Positions 13,086-27,400 are shown, numbered from the whole stretch's first letter. The stretch is 63,798 nt of DNA, filler included, from Choristocarpus tenellus KU-1152 (GCA_964200185.2; 10 parts of 10 records of this genome joined end to end with filler, not necessarily neighbours in it), one strand, 5' to 3'. The notes: a model not told the origin generated them from the letters alone. Made by a program: numbers and translations.

Positions 13086-13741
13086 TTTGGCATTAGATTG
13101 AGGTCATGTAACTAATGAGATAATACATCCAGATTATGTATGGGGTTTGGTATTGCGGCTTAACTACTCTGACATAATTGTTGACTTAGGTACGAGGTAC
13201 AAGTAATAATAAAACAAGCAATAAGAAGACACCCCATAATGTCACTCTTCTAATTTCATCGGCCCATTCTTTTCACATTCAGTGGAGAGGTTCATGTGAG
13301 GCTTCCCATCTTCTTGTCTTAATTACTGATCAAATATCAGTACTTTCCAAGGTTGATTGCATAGGTTATGAACATCAGCGGTATGGAGACCAATCTGCTC
13401 TGCTGTTTGGACCGGGGCCACAGGACAGTCATTGGAGACCTGGTCCACTTGGAGACTGTCATTTATAGGCAGTTGGGAGACGGAGACTGTACGGGAACAC
13501 CATGAGGGACTACAAAATTCCCCAAGACTCCCACGACCGCTCCAGAGGCGCCAGTGCATACGGCACATGCTACCTACATCAAGAACAAGTCCTTGTGGTT
13601 TCTGCTCATCCAAGCAATAAAGGGATCAGCATCGGCAATTGTCGCCAGATATGAAAACAAAGGTGAGCCGGACGGCCAAGGGACATGGTTGGAACTAGAG
13701 AGAGTCTACGAAGGAAGCGCGGAGGACAAGATCCCCTTGTA

Positions 13742-13927
13742 GGCTCGAAGTATCTGGGGGGGAGGGGGGGGGGAGGGCTGTCCATTTGGGGCCAATTTTT
13801 TCATGTCGCGGTTTTTTGTTATTTGGTTGCATACGTCGGATAGATAATGCAAGTGCACTTTTCCAGGCTTAGCCGAAATGGACACCCTTGTGTAGACCCC
13901 ACCCCCCCCCCCCCGATACTTTGGGTC
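13742..13927 (+). mobile_element. MITE family S (~180 bp), copy at left inversion breakpoint
   Basis: GGCTCGAAGTATCTGGGGGG...CCCCCCGATACTTTGGGTC; internal sequence shared with 14710, 18039, 44176 and 55874. Confidence 0.9.
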
Positions 13928-14709
13928 TTCACCAACCTCCTGAGCTTGCCAGCACCATCACCGCCAATGCATTTAACTGGTACTCCTTCCTTAGCCATCC
14001 AGTCAATATAGGCAGCAGTTGTGTCGGTCACTGTGTCTTTGGTCTTTAAGGCGTAAACCCGCTTGTTTCTGACGCTCTTGTTGGCGAACACCTGGAAGTA
14101 CTTGTGACCAGTGACGTCTGGTTGGAAGGGTCCCGTCAAATCCGTGTGTGTGACAACTTCGTGAGGCTGTTTGGGGGTCCTACCACCAAGCTGATAGTTG
14201 AGAGCCTCTGATTTGCGCTTCTTGCATACTTTGCATTGCAGTTCCGATGCCACAGTAGTGTTGGCGATCTCCAACAGTTCACGCTTCTCGAGGTGCTTGA
14301 TAGCTGATGGGTTCATGTGCCCCAATATGCTGTGCCAGTCCTTCAGTGTCAGCTTCTGTTTTTTATTGGCATGTGCTGCGCTGGCTCTAGATTCTCGTTC
14401 CTCGTTGATTACTGTTCCTGTAGATGTAAGAACCCTCCAGACTGTCCTTTCGAAGATTTATCTTTCTTGGAGGTCTTCAGATAACTTTCTCCCTCAGAAC
14501 TACTCTTGTTGGCTTGTCATCCCTGTCTATTGCAAGTAGATCAAAATCTCTAGATTCTTTCGCCTCCAGTTTTCCGTTGTTACCGAAGGTGCATATCCAT
14601 TTGGTAGTCCGAGTGCTGACCAGGTCCTTACGATCAGATGAAAGATGGACGTTTGCTCCGGAGTCGCACAACATCTCGACTTCCCTTCCACTAGAGGAGT
14701 TGAGCACCA

Positions 14710-14892
14710 GGCTCAAAGTATCTGGGGGGAGGTGGGGGGGGGGTCTACACCAGGGTGTCCATTTGGTTCCTGACCAGGAAAGATGCACTTACATTATCCA
14801 TCCAACACATGCAACCAAATCACTCAAAAAATGCTACATGGAAAAATGGGACACAAATGGACAGCAGTTACTCCCCCCAGATACTTTGAGCC
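14710..14892 (-). mobile_element. MITE family S, copy at right inversion breakpoint
   Basis: Perfect 22-bp TIR GGCTCAAAGTATCTGGGGGGAG / CTCCCCCCAGATACTTTGAGCC; opposite orientation to 13742. Confidence 0.92.
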
Positions 14893-15280
14893 TGAAATTT
14901 CAAAGGATGCTGGCAAACAACCGTACCAGACTTGAGGAAGTCACCACCGAGAACACCACAGCGCAACAGGATCGTGGAGAGGGCGATAAAACAACTAATG
15001 GGCGCAACGAAGAGTCAGGTGGTGAAGGCTGACCTGGTGATGAGTACTGGTTCTTTGCCATTACAGATGTCGATTTCAAAATGGGAGGCATGCCACATGA
15101 ATACCTGGGAGGGGAAACACCGTGTGAGCGTCTGATGGCCAATACCTTCAATGATGATAGGCTTTGGGCCTGGGGAAACGAGTGCTATGCCCACCAAGAG
15201 AAACAGCAGAGGGGAGCTGGTTCATAGGTTCACCCATACGCCAAGCAAGGGATCATCATGGGACATGATCGTATATCACT

Positions 15281-15538
15281 GAGTTAAAGTATCTTAGAGG
15301 GTGCGAGCTTTGCCCTGTTTGTCCATTTGAAGCTTGGCTTCCCTCGTTTTTTTTATGACATTTTCCTACTCTAAAATATTTCAGAGTAGGAAAAATGTAT
15401 ATATTTTGAAAATATGTGTCTGGAACAAGGTCATTGATACTTCGTAACAAACACGATAGCCAAAATTAAATCAAAATCGCAACATTGGATTTTGGGCCCA
15501 AAATGGACGCGACTCTAGCCTCTAAGATACTTTGGCCC
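15281..15538 (-). mobile_element. MITE family L, copy 2
   Basis: GAGTTAAAGTATCTTAGAGG...CCTCTAAGATACTTTGGCCC; flanks ACT/ACC. Confidence 0.9.
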
Positions 15539-17849
15539 ACCGTGTTGGTACGTCTGGCTTCCTCAAAAGGCCAAGTTGGTGACCTCAGCCCTAGTGACGT
15601 TTGAGCCAGATGAACACACCATTAACTTTGTGGGGGAGCGAGAGACCATGACTTTGACCGATGATGATGATAACTACGATAATGCTGAAGACTCTGATAG
15701 AGATTTCGATAGTACAGCTGATCCAATACTGCAAGCAACAGTCACGAGCAAGAACTCGACAAGTTCACCTAGTGGGCAACGGACATCAGTTAGGATAGCT
15801 GAACAACCCAGGGGCTTACACTCTGGACAGCCGGAGGAACTGGGCAAGAATATGTTCAATATGCTCAGAGCAAACACGGACAACTCTTACTACTTGATGG
15901 ACATGGCAGGTGACATCTCGACAGGTCGTCAGGAACCATCAACTATCACCTAAGCCCTTGCAGGGCCTGACAAAGAGCACTGACAGGAGGCAATGGCGCA
16001 GGAAATGGAGAACCAACGAAGTAAGGAACCTTCCATGACGGTGAGAGTCTACCACTGGGGAGGCGACTTGTCAAAACAAGATTTATCTTCAAGATAAAAA
16101 GGATGGCCAATGGAGACATCGAAAGATTCAAGGTGAGGCTGGGGGCACGGGGTTTTTCTCAACAGGGAAGGAGTAGAATACTTCAGCATGTTCAGTTCAG
16201 TGATGGGATTTGACCATTCAGGCAGTCCTGACTACAGCTGCCGACAGAAACTGGGCCATCAACTCCCTAGACTTCGCTCAACTATACCTGAGCACCCAAC
16301 TCCCTGAGGATGTACGGTTACAACTGCCCAACGGGTCCATCATGAAAGCAACCAGGGCCATCTATGGGCTCAAGCAATCAGCAATCGAGTGGTACACGGA
16401 GGTCAAGTGTTCAATATCAGATGAGGGGTGGAGTACCAGTGAATTCGATGCCTGCCTGTACGTGAAGAGGAGCAACGATGGTCGGATCGCTATCCCACTA
16501 TGTGGATGATATTTCGTTGACTAGAGACTTCGATGAGGAAATAGACCGGATGAGGACCAGTCTGCTGACCAGGTACGAGGGATGGAACCTCAGGACCCCG
16601 GGCAAGTTAATCAATTGGGACAAGGTTGGCATCAAACTGGAACAGTGCTTTTTCACTGAGAGCATTGTTCATGAGGGAATGGAATCAATAGAGGCTCAGA
16701 ATACCTCATCAACCCAGGAATGGAACCGACCCCGAGGAGAACTGGCGAGGAGGAGCTGTACCAGAGGTACAGACCTTGCCGCACCATTTTGGGGAAACTC
16801 ATGTTCGTAGCTGGCATGACGCAACCAGACCTGTCCCACAGCATGCGGGAGCTGTGAAGATACATAGAATCCCCATGCAGTAGTCAATGGAAAGGGCTGC
16901 AAAATGTGCTACGATACATTGCAGGCACGATCAACGTGGGGATACACTATCCTGCTGGTAGTAACTTGGACAATGGGGGTTTGGTTCGGTATGGAGACTC
17001 AGACTGGGGCGCTGACCCTGTGTCAAGGTAGAGAGTGGCAGGGTATCTGATACTCGTGATTGGAGCACCCATTGCATGGAGATCGAAACTACAAGGAGTC
17101 ATGTCACACTATCAAGCACAGAGGTGGAATGGACAGCATGGCATGCGGGATGAACATGGCATTTACCTAAAGGGGATATTTAGGGGGAGCTTGGTCTGGA
17201 TCAAGGATCAACCACATGTATTGGGGACAATGGTGAGACCATTCAGGAAGGCGGCGTTGAGGGGTTTAGTGGTAGAACTAAACATGTGGATATAGTACTT
17301 AAATATACAAGGGAGTATATAACACAAGGATTATTTACGGTAGAGTATGTTCCAACAGAGTTGCAGCTTGTAGATATTCTAGCAAAACACACACGCAAGG
17401 ACCAGGTACAAACATTCCCCAATTCAGTGCTGACAAGGTTGTGGACGAATTTCGTTCAGATCATGGATTTTTTTTTTTGTAGGTTTGAGAGTTCCAACAA
17501 CTCTTCATCACCTGCACTCTCTTGGGGGAGTGTGCCAAATAGGACAATCGTAAGGTGTACCCTTTATTGTATATGTGAGATTATGGCATTGGATTGAGTC
17601 CATGTGATGTAACCAATGAGATAGTACATCCAGGTTATGTATGGGGTTTGGTATTCCAGTTGAACTACTCTGACATAATTGTTGACTTGCGAACGAGGTA
17701 CAAGTAAAAATAATGCAAGCAATAAGAAGAGTCTCACCATGCACAAGAATGTGACGTCTGTGGACAGACAGGGCATTTGACAGCGACCTGTCATGAACGA
17801 CAAAGAGGTTAAGGAAATGGCGACAATAGGAAACGAAGGGATCAAGGAA

Positions 17850-19480
17850 CTGTGGTGGTTGTGCTAGTAGAGGTGCTGGAAATGATGGTGACGATGATGA
17901 TACCAATTGGAGCAAAAAAGCTCAAAAGGTGATGCCTTATGTGGCACGAATGTTGGGATGAAAAACCGAAGAAAAGGAGGAGCTTTTGTAGTTTCTGATG
18001 ACACAGACTGCGACTCAGTGAGACCAACGGATGCTGAAGGCCCTAAGTATCTAGAGGGGATAGCAGCTGTCCATTCGAGGCCCATTTTTCCATGTCACGA
18101 TTTTTGGGTGATTTAGTTGCATGTTTCGGATGGATAATGTAAGTGCACTTCTCCTGGTCAGGGCCCGAATGGACACCCTGGTGTAGATCCCTCCCTCCCC
18201 ACAGATACTTTGGGCCTGAAGAACAGATTTTTGACATCAGAGCAAGCGGTCACCTGATAAACTCTTTTGCTGGTGTGCGAGGCTGGATGAAGAATTTACA
18301 TGGAGACAAGGTGGTTGTCGGCAATGGAAAGGAACACCACATTGCTGGATGGGGCTGGATAGGAATGGTGCTGACGCCAGAAAAAGAAAAAGTACCATAC
18401 AGAGTGACCATGAAGAAAGTTTCTGTGGTGCCCACATTAGCTTACAACCTGTCCCTCAGTTCAGAACTACTGCAAGATGTCAGGGCAGCACACTGTTGCT
18501 GAGACTGACTCGTAAACGGTTGAGGGGGACAATGGCCTGGGTGATCTTGTGATACCAGCGGTAAATGGTTTCCATACGGGCTGCATGTATTGGGTTCACC
18601 TCGAGAAACCTCAAGACTGCAGCAGCAGATGGAACTGACCTGATCGAATGTTGGGAACCATGTGTTGGATGCTCTCAGGCTGAAACTCATCGTGCTCCAG
18701 TGCCACAAAGAACGGATTCTCAGGCAGGCACGAAACTGTAGAAGATATGTACTGATCTGAGTGGGCCTATGCCAGTACATATCCTTGGGGGCTGCTACTA
18801 TTCCATGATCACCACCGACGATTTTACCAAAATGGAGTGGATATGGTTCCTGCCCAATAAGGATGGTGCGGATTGTGCAATGGCATATTTCAATTTGACG
18901 CAGGGACTCTGAGGGGAGTGCAGGTTGGGGCAGTTCGAAGCAACAAGGGAGGAGATTTCGTAAGTGATGTTTTCAGGACATGACAAGGAAGTACATGCTT
19001 TGTCATGAATTCACAGTGCCTTTACTCAAGATACAATGGTGTAGCAGAACGAGTCTTTGGCATGATTGCTGAGAAAGCAATGGCAATGATGGTTTGTGCT
19101 GGACTCCAAGGCCAACTCAATTTGTGGACTGAAGTTTAGAATTTCGTCCGTCATCTCAGAAATTTATGTGTCATTCGCCCTAACGAAGATTGGATTTCAA
19201 CATACGAGGTATGGCAGGGAGAACGAGGGAAGGTAGATGGACTGCTGAGTTTTGGGAGTATGGGTTACATGTAGGAGGCCAAACGCATAAACAAACTAGT
19301 TGTATGAGGAACGGAGTGCTTGCTGATGGAGTTAGCTGAGCATCACCTACGGGGTTCCTGGCAAATTCTACACGAGAGGTCGAAGTGGTTGCTGATCCGA
19401 CAGTCTGTAACATGGCACACACTTCCCCATTTAATGTCTCATGGTGACAGGAAGCTTACAGATGAAAAGCCTGAATTGTT
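17850..19480 (+). mobile_element. Second copia family remnant (protease-integrase)
   Basis: IFDIRASGHL (decayed DSGAS protease motif), VVVGNGK, CTDLSGPM, TDDFTKMEWIWFL and YNGVAER; many stops. Confidence 0.8.
18039..18216 (+). mobile_element. MITE family S copy
   Basis: 4-bp TSD TGAA (18035-18038 and 18217-18220). Removing it restores the frame DAEEQIFD of the host protease. Confidence 0.92.
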
Positions 19481-19773
19481 GTTAGATTTACCTCAAAGTC
19501 GTGTGAGGAGTTAGAGAGTTCTAGGCGAGAAGGCTGCGTGCAGTGGAGAAGTCTCGCGAATCTGCGCAGCAGAGGAGGGGGTTTAGAGGTGTGTCGCACA
19601 GTCGAATGCTGTGCGAGCTAGCAGATTTTCTGCCAATATCCAAGTCTATCACACTAGAATCTCAACGTTCAAGGAGGGCTCGTTAAAGGGCCATCACGAG
19701 AGGGGACTAAGGGACGTTGGGAGGTACACTAGTGGCTACCTCAGCTAAAGCCTTGGTTGTTAAGGAAGTGGTT

Positions 19774-19977
19774 GAGTTAAAGTATCTTAGAGGGTACGTG
19801 TTTCGCCCTGTTTGTGCATTTGGGGCTTGACTTTCCATGTTTTTTTTTATGAATTTTTCCAACTCCAAATGTCTAGGAGTAGGTAAAATGTATACATCAT
19901 GAAAGGTCTGTCCGGAACATGGATATTGGCATTTCCTAACAAACACATTGCCAAAATTACATCAAAATCGCAACACT
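19774..19977 (-). mobile_element. MITE family L, truncated copy 3
   Basis: GAGTTAAAGTATCTTAGAGGGT start; family match ends near CAAAATCGCAACA. Confidence 0.85.
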
Positions 19978-20439
19978 GACGTACAGAATCAAATAGTGGA
20001 GGAACCCCACTGCACCGCCTGGAACACAGAAGCATTTCAGGATGCTATTACATACAAACTCGGTCAATACGTGACACACATGAGTCGACTAGGAAATAGA
20101 TTTGAGTCTCTTTTACGTTTTCTCATAGATCAAACAACCCTGGCATCTCGTATAGTTTTAATTGGAAGGTGTTGCATCCTCTTCAGCCTNNNNNNNNNNN
20201 NNNNNNNNNNNNNNNNNNNNNNNNNNNNNNNNNTTAATTAATTAANNNNNNNNNNNNNNNNNNNNNNNNNNNNNNNNNNNNNNNNNNNNCCATACATATA
20301 AGCATGCCAAAACCGTTACTGGCTCCCCCCCGGGGGGCCCGTCTGTCCTTGTACCTTCGGCTTAGTTGAGGTCGCTTCCAAATCGTAGCGGTGCCCTCAA
20401 CAAGCACCGAAATATTATTGACCAAAGATATATCCCATT

Positions 20440-20532
20440 CGTAGTGGGGCCCTTCAAAAGTGCCGAAACATTTACAAAAAAAAACATAGGGGCACTTTCC
20501 GCGCACCATTTTGGGTCAAACTCATCCTCCAT
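20440..20532 (+). repeat. Unclassified dispersed repeat
   Basis: ATTTACAAAAAAA...GGCACTTTCCGCGCACCATTTT..GTCAAAC.CATCCTC recurs at ~35123-35205 and ~35223-35282. Confidence 0.7.
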
Positions 20533-21191
20533 AGTATAATCCATCCTCAAATAAACAGATCAGCAGCCATAAGAAAATACTTGCTTCACAATGTCAACTC
20601 AAGATTTACGCAAATAACCAGCATAGAACCCGAGAAAAAACCGCATCGTATGCCCCTATGTGTGGTTTTTCGGAGAAAAACTTTAAACCAATTGTTAGAA
20701 GTGGTTAGCAGGGCTTTTCACCAGGGCAAGCGAATGTGAAGAGAGCAGTCCACAGGTTGCACCATTTCAACCATTTCTGTCAAGTGTGGCAAATCTACAT
20801 AAACACACATAATTGTTCAAAATGAATCTTGTTAGAAACAGTAGAGGAACACTGTCACCCACAGCAAGAAATAAGGCTCAGGGATGAGGATTTTTCTGTT
20901 CTCGCAGGTCAAGAGTTGCTTCACAGGACAGCAACAAAGAAGAGGCTAGAAGAAAGCCCCCGAGATGCGGCTAGTCCGTGTACAACTTTTTTAATGCTCT
21001 GGTCCGTCTCACAATCGATGCAATCAATTATTTAATGCATCCGTAAAAAGAGGGAGAGAGCATCTGTCATCCCAGTTTCCTTTTTTGCAGAGTACAGAAG
21101 TAAGACAATAATTATAGCTAGTGCACTAAAAAAGAAATATAGCCTGTAAAGGATTAGGAATTTTGTAGTCCTGGCTCAAGAGATGGGAAGA

Positions 21192-21446
21192 GAACCAAAG
21201 TATCTTAGAGGGTAGAGCCGCGTCCATTTGCGGGCCAAAATCCAATGTTGCGATTTTGATGTAATTTTGGCATTTGTGTTTGTTAGGAAGTGTCAATATC
21301 CTTGCGGACACACCTTTTCATAACGTATACATTTTACCTACTTCGAAATATCTTGGAGTAGGAAAATATCATAAAAAAACCGAGGGAAACCAAGCCCCAA
21401 ATGGACAAACAGGGGAAAACTCATACCCCCTAAGATACTTTCACTC
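21192..21446 (+). mobile_element. MITE family L, copy 4
   Basis: GAACCAAAGTATCTTAGAGGGT...CTAAGATACTTTCACTC; flanks AAGA/AAGG. Confidence 0.9.
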
Positions 21447-22449
21447 AAGGGGATCAACAACCGTTGGTTGGTGTACTCAGGTGCTTGGTATGTGTGAAAT
21501 CTGTGGAGTATATGAGTTTGGAAAGAGTAGTGACACAAAAACTGAAGGTGGGGGGTTGATATAGTTGGAGAGTTGTCACATCCTGATTATTTCTCAACAC
21601 GATTTCAGCCAAACATCAATATATGTACCTGTAAATCTCCCAGTACCATTTGTCAATATATATATATATATATCGAAGCAAACATGGTCCACTGTACAGT
21701 GACATTATGCTGGCAGATCTGAGTGCTACATAATCTTACACTTGCTCTAATGACTTGTTTGGGGTTAGAGATGGTTCCATGGCTTCTCTGTCTCTTGGCC
21801 TTGCGTTCTGGTCCCGTATTGATGGACTTCCCTGATCTTGGTTTCTGACGTAGTGTAATTGAGCATGTCAACAATTGGGGTGGTTGAGCGTCTGCATCCT
21901 CAGTTCCATATACTTGACCATTGATGTTAGATATGATTGCTTTTCCACACATGTAGGCATTATCAGCTAAACATGTCGCAACCACTCTATTTGATCAACG
22001 TTTTTCGCATGTACACCAAACAGTCGTAGTAGTGAAGCATTTGTCCACACATTGTGAGATACGTGCAGCCTGCCATGTGATACACAACATGCTTCCAAAC
22101 ACTAAAACAAATCAGTCACCTCCCCTCCTTGTGATTCTTGTCCCAAACATAATTGAGACCCTGCACTTGCTCTTTCCTCTCTTCCCAACCTTTTGCTTTG
22201 TTGAAGCAATGTATTATTTGATGCCCTTGATGAGGGGAATGGTTTGTTGGGTAGCTATTAAGGCGGATGAAAACGCCATAGACTGGGTGGAGGAAGTAAG
22301 TGCTTTTGAGGAGGTGCGTGTGAATGGAAACCGGTCATGGTGTAATAGGTGAAAGCTATCATGGAGAGGTTGGTTGGCTGGTCACGATGCAAAGAAGTAG
22401 TTCCTGCTGGCGTGACTTTACAATAGTAATAAAATACGGTATAGAAGAT

Positions 22450-22704
22450 GAATGAAAGTATCTTGGAGAGTGAGTTTTGCATCGTTTGTCCGTTTGGGGC
22501 TTGGCTTCCCACGTTTTTTTTTAATGACATTTTCCTATTACGAAATGTTTCGTAGTTAAAGTGTATACATTATCAAAAGGTGTGTTCGGAACAAGGATAT
22601 TAACACCTCCTAACAAACACGACAACCAAATTTACATCAAAATCGCAACATTGGATGTTGACCCCCAAACGGACGCGGCCCTACCCTCTAAGATGCTTTG
22701 GATT
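22450..22704 (-). mobile_element. MITE family L, copy 5
   Basis: Same TIRs and interior; flanks AGAT/TGAT. Confidence 0.88.
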
Positions 22705-24406
22705 TGATCTCTATTCCACCCTTTTGGGGTGGGACAGAGAGACGTTCGCCTTTTATAGATGTACGATATATTATTACCACCAAATGAAAGGCCTACTTCA
22801 GTGCCGAGTTAACTCACCAAATTGGCATGATGAAGAAATGCTCAGGGATGGGACTGGATGATGGTTCCTGAACAGCGATCATGTTTTAAATATCTGGATC
22901 AGTGATGATTGTGACTGACTCCCTCTTAATGCAATTCTTGTAAGGAGGTAACGAAAGTTTGGCATCCATATAGCAAGCTCAAAAGTGAAGAGTAAGGGGA
23001 ATAGGGGTATTCACACACCGTGTGTGGGACATGATAACTGTCGAAAAGGATGATGATATGGAAATGCATGTATCAGCATGCACATTCTTAGACAAGAAAA
23101 CCTAGACACGCACAAAAGGTGCCTTACCTTTAAAGTTGCTAGCTGAGGGAATGACGTCACACAGGAGTTTCACTACTTTGTTTATACGTTTATTACTACT
23201 GCTGTTGTTGTGGTTAAGTACTACGGACAAGACTCACAAGTGCTCAGTATATCTGTCTTGAAAAATGGCAAGTGCTTGCAACAGAAGCATTCTAAAGTTC
23301 AACACAAACAAATATCAATGGCCAACGTAAAACATGGCATATGGATGCCTTCACTCTTTAAGGAAGTGCAGGCTGTCAAGTGAAGCATGCCAAATCCTCG
23401 TTATCAACTCCCTCATTATGATAGAGGGTGCAATCTAAGGATTCTCAATTGAACAGCGGCAGTGGCACTTGGCTATGTCATGATTTTATGGGAGAGTCTT
23501 CAACATGCCCGACTATATCTTACTGCACCTACCTGCCATGTGCTTCTAGGATGTGGTTAATTTAGACATGGTTTTAAAGTGATACAGAACAGCTTAGCAT
23601 AACCCTTCCCCTAATCACAAATAATCACAACTAGAAAATAAAGGTGATTTATGTGGGAGTAATCACTAGCCCTCACTAAGGCTCCAAGTGGAGTCATCTT
23701 CTATGGATGAATAGATTCACGATGACACCAACCAGCCCCTCAGAGCAACTACAGAAAAACAAGATATACCAAGATACCACCAATATATTCACAGGCCGTC
23801 GATGGACTGAAGGGCTATTCAGTACTAAAGGGTTTCGAGGACAGGCTTCCTGTCATCACCCTGCCCCATACCCCTACAGAACAGCCAGAAATACCACCAC
23901 GATATATTACCATCTATACAAACACACAGGGCTATTTCTCCTTCATCTCGACTCCCTCCTTACCCTTGCAATATTCTGGAAGCAAGGGATTGGCAAGGGA
24001 CATCTCCACCTTTTCCAGCGTGGATAAATTATGTCCTACAATTGTGCCAAACTGAAGGGAAAAATACCACTACATTCTAGCCTACTGCTCAGCACAAAGA
24101 GTGAAATATAAAAGGCAAGTCAAACCACATCTAGCAGATGACTTACAACAAGAGGACATTAGAAGCACAGGCACAAAAAACGAACAAAAATCAATTTCGT
24201 GCAAATGATTTGGTCTTCGGGAATGATGCCCTTGATGCACAAAAAAAAAAGCGTTCCATCCCTCTTGAAAGCCCAGTCACCCTAAAACTCATAAAAAAAA
24301 TACAAGGAACCAAGAGATGAAATAAACGTCACGAGCACAGCCCAGAGCAGTGCCTTAACAACCACAGCCGAGTAGATCAAAAGTAAAAGAAAAAAATGTC
24401 TTGTTT

Positions 24407-27400
24407 TTACGCCACAATCTCCCCAGCCACAAAGTTACCACCACTATAAGACTTCTCAAGTCTTACTGATGTCGAAACCTCACCACCTCCACCTACCCTC
24501 CCTTCCCCATCCCACTCGTCACCCTCATCAATGATGGTTGCGACAGTATGGTTAGCAACGTCTTGCCCTCCTGCCACAACCCCTCCACACACAGCGGTCT
24601 TGTTATCCGGTGAGATGGCAGCAATTTTGTGTGAGCCAAAGATGGGCGGGCTTTTTTTCCCCTTTCTTGCCCCCCCAGTTGTCACACTCATTACATCATC
24701 ACTACCCCCGTTCCCTCTACCGTCATCTTCATCTAATGAACCATTGTCTTGTGAGTGATAAGAACCATCAGATGGAATGGGGTGGCATAGGAGAGGGGGA
24801 GGAGAAGGTTCATCTCGTTCCCTGCGATCACAAGCATCCCCCTCATCCAAAGCACGCTGGGCCTCTCGCAATATTGAGTTCGTCACCTAATAGTCAGGAA
24901 AGGGGGGGCAGAGGTTGTTTCAAGTGCTTGTTCTATCAAGAATGAAAGAAATTGTTCTGGAAGAACACTAAACCATATACGGGTTGATTACGTTAGAAAC
25001 CCTTGCATGTCCTGCAAAAAACCAAGCCTCTGTTTCAATCAATGCAGCAGGGATGCAAGCCTTCATACCCGATGGCATCACTACGGCCTCACCATCACGA
25101 AGACCGCATCCATTCAAAAAGTGTCTCTACTTTCCTCAAACTCCAACCCTACATCTCACCCGCAAATAAAACAAATGCCCTCCAATTCAAGAATCTGCGA
25201 CATTGTGGAATAAATGATCCACACACCTTGGTGGCAAGCGCAACAGGAATGAGGACATCCGGTTCTAGTACAGCCTCATGCGGAAAGCTATTGAGGTAGA
25301 GCATAATCGACTCCAGATCGAGTTCCAGCAAGTGCTCTTCAGATAGCTGTAGGATGGCCAGGGCAGCCCGGAAAAAGACCTGCCATGCACGACCAGTGAT
25401 ACAATACGCACATACCACATTATTGACATTTCATTATTGGGACATTTCTTGCACCATCGGCCCCATATCAACAATGGCACCCCCCTCTTGGATATTTTGA
25501 GTCTCGTCTGGGTGAATTCTGTATTGCCACAAACCAATTTTCCGTTACGATCCTGATTATCAAAGGCACATACTCTCGCCATGGCGTCTTAAGAGTCTTT
25601 GAGCTTTGTATCCTGTCGATTTACCAGTGGGGAGACCTTGGTAACAAAACGCTTCAATCATACATATTTTTTCTTCTGTGAGATGATCATGAAATGTGAG
25701 ATGAAGTTATTAACATACACTCTGGAGTATTACAAACAACTGGAATTAAGGTCCGTCTGATGAACTAGTGGTCAAAGAAATTGATATTTCAAAATGATAA
25801 CATGAGATGGCATCAATCAAACAAGTATCCTCCTTGAAGGCCCTTCAATATTGCACCACACGTAGATGCAACTGTTCCCCTGCAAGGGTCAGCCCTAAGG
25901 CACATGAAGACGCAGCAAAAGCTCTACAAGATTGTGCACCAACTGTAGGGAAGGGTTAAGCCTAGCCTCTTTGCAGGGAGGGGCACAATGTGAAGTACCG
26001 AGATAGTACCCAAGCTAGTTCTGGGACATTGCATGATGTGTACCCATATCTCTAGTCTCACTCTTCTACTGAGGCATTTAACACTGCAAATGGTGCTTTT
26101 CAAACAAGTCCAGGAGAGGGCAAGCCATGGATTTAAACAGCAATAGACTAATCCCTGTTGTACACACAATGCATACAGGCAAATAATCTTCGATGTTAGA
26201 TGTGGGGTATGGCTTGCATGTGTCAACTGAAAAAATCTTCCAGAGTCCTCAAGCATCAGCCTAGAACACGCAGTCTTATCAATCCCATCCATTTACCACA
26301 TAAATGGCATGAATTCACACACCCTCAATACTGCACTCTCCAATGCCAACATTCCAAAAAAATATCAATCCGTCCATCCACCAATCACTTCTCAACGAAT
26401 ACTCCTCGTGGACATGGAGGCGTTCATTCCTCTCAACTGCATACAGATTTACTCATGAAGAACATCGCCTCTCACACCCTCAAATCCAGTATTGATATAC
26501 AAATGTGTGAACAACGCAGCCTCCCACGGACCCAACCTCTTGCCAAAACATGTGACACAACAACACAACCTCGAAAAAAAACAAACATGCCTGGTCAACA
26601 ACGTCACATACTTCACCTTGTAGGACCGTTCGGTGACCCACATGTCCCAGAGATGCATCAGAGTCTGTGATGGCATGCAGCTCACATAGAGGAAGAGCGT
26701 CTGAAACCACCCCACCGCGAAGAATGCAACATCTACACCCTGAAGCACGTAAAACAGTTATCCATTGACATCAGTCACACTTTGAAACAGAGCAACAGGA
26801 GGGGGTGCAACTTTGCACATAGGAACAGGAAGAGGAGGCGACCAATCACTCAGGGGTCAAGGCATGCTTTGCTGTTTCGAGTGTGAAAAACATACGGAGG
26901 TGGAGTGGTGTCACCGCCTTGTTACTATTCTTGAGTGGAGTAGAATGTATCGGTGGAATACAAAAAAAAAACGGACCACTTGAATCGCATAGTTCTCTGC
27001 AGTATTTCCCTTCATGTTTTTTTTTATTTGCCTGTGCAAAAAAAAATCCTATTTTCTTTTTGGTATGGTTGACAAGAAGAAGAAATATCAGTTGTTGGCA
27101 TCACGCCTTTCTATCCCCTTCAAGTCAGGTCTTGCAGTTGTTACTAGAGCAGACACAAGCAAGGCATTGACCACTTGCATTTCAAATGTTGTCTGCCTTC
27201 CCCTCATGCCACCCCACACACAATAAAGACGATAGCAATGGTGATGTCAAGAAGGTGGGGTAAGCTAAAGCGTGAACACATCCGGTGAACAAAATACTGA
27301 ATCTATGAAAAATAAACGAAAAAAAGAACAATAATAGAATCGACACATCAGGTACTCTATTGGTGTCGATGTTATTGCACCATGGCCTCTAGTCCAAGCC

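Larger units (their letters stand above)
13087..17745 (+). mobile_element. Decayed near-full-length Ty1/copia element with two LTRs, internal inversion and three nested MITEs
   Basis: Partial 5' LTR 13087-~13244 matches the 3' LTR 17531-17745 (TGTGC...GCACA, after PPT GGGGGAG). Gag-like 13400-13740. Protease (LCDSGANVH), GH-C-C zinc region and integrase (HTDLTGP) are inverted at 13928-14709. Integrase continues from 14893. RT (AIYGLKQSAIEW, YVDD) ~15940-16950; RNase H (YGDSDWG, TKHVDI) ~16990-17440. Confidence 0.9.

Noticed and set aside
21274-21564. Recurrent small ORFs (MCLLGSVNI..., QAPNGQT..., LHQGVHSGPDQE) as a peptide family
   Set aside because: They are chance translations of MITE families L and S, and the frames are not conserved between copies.
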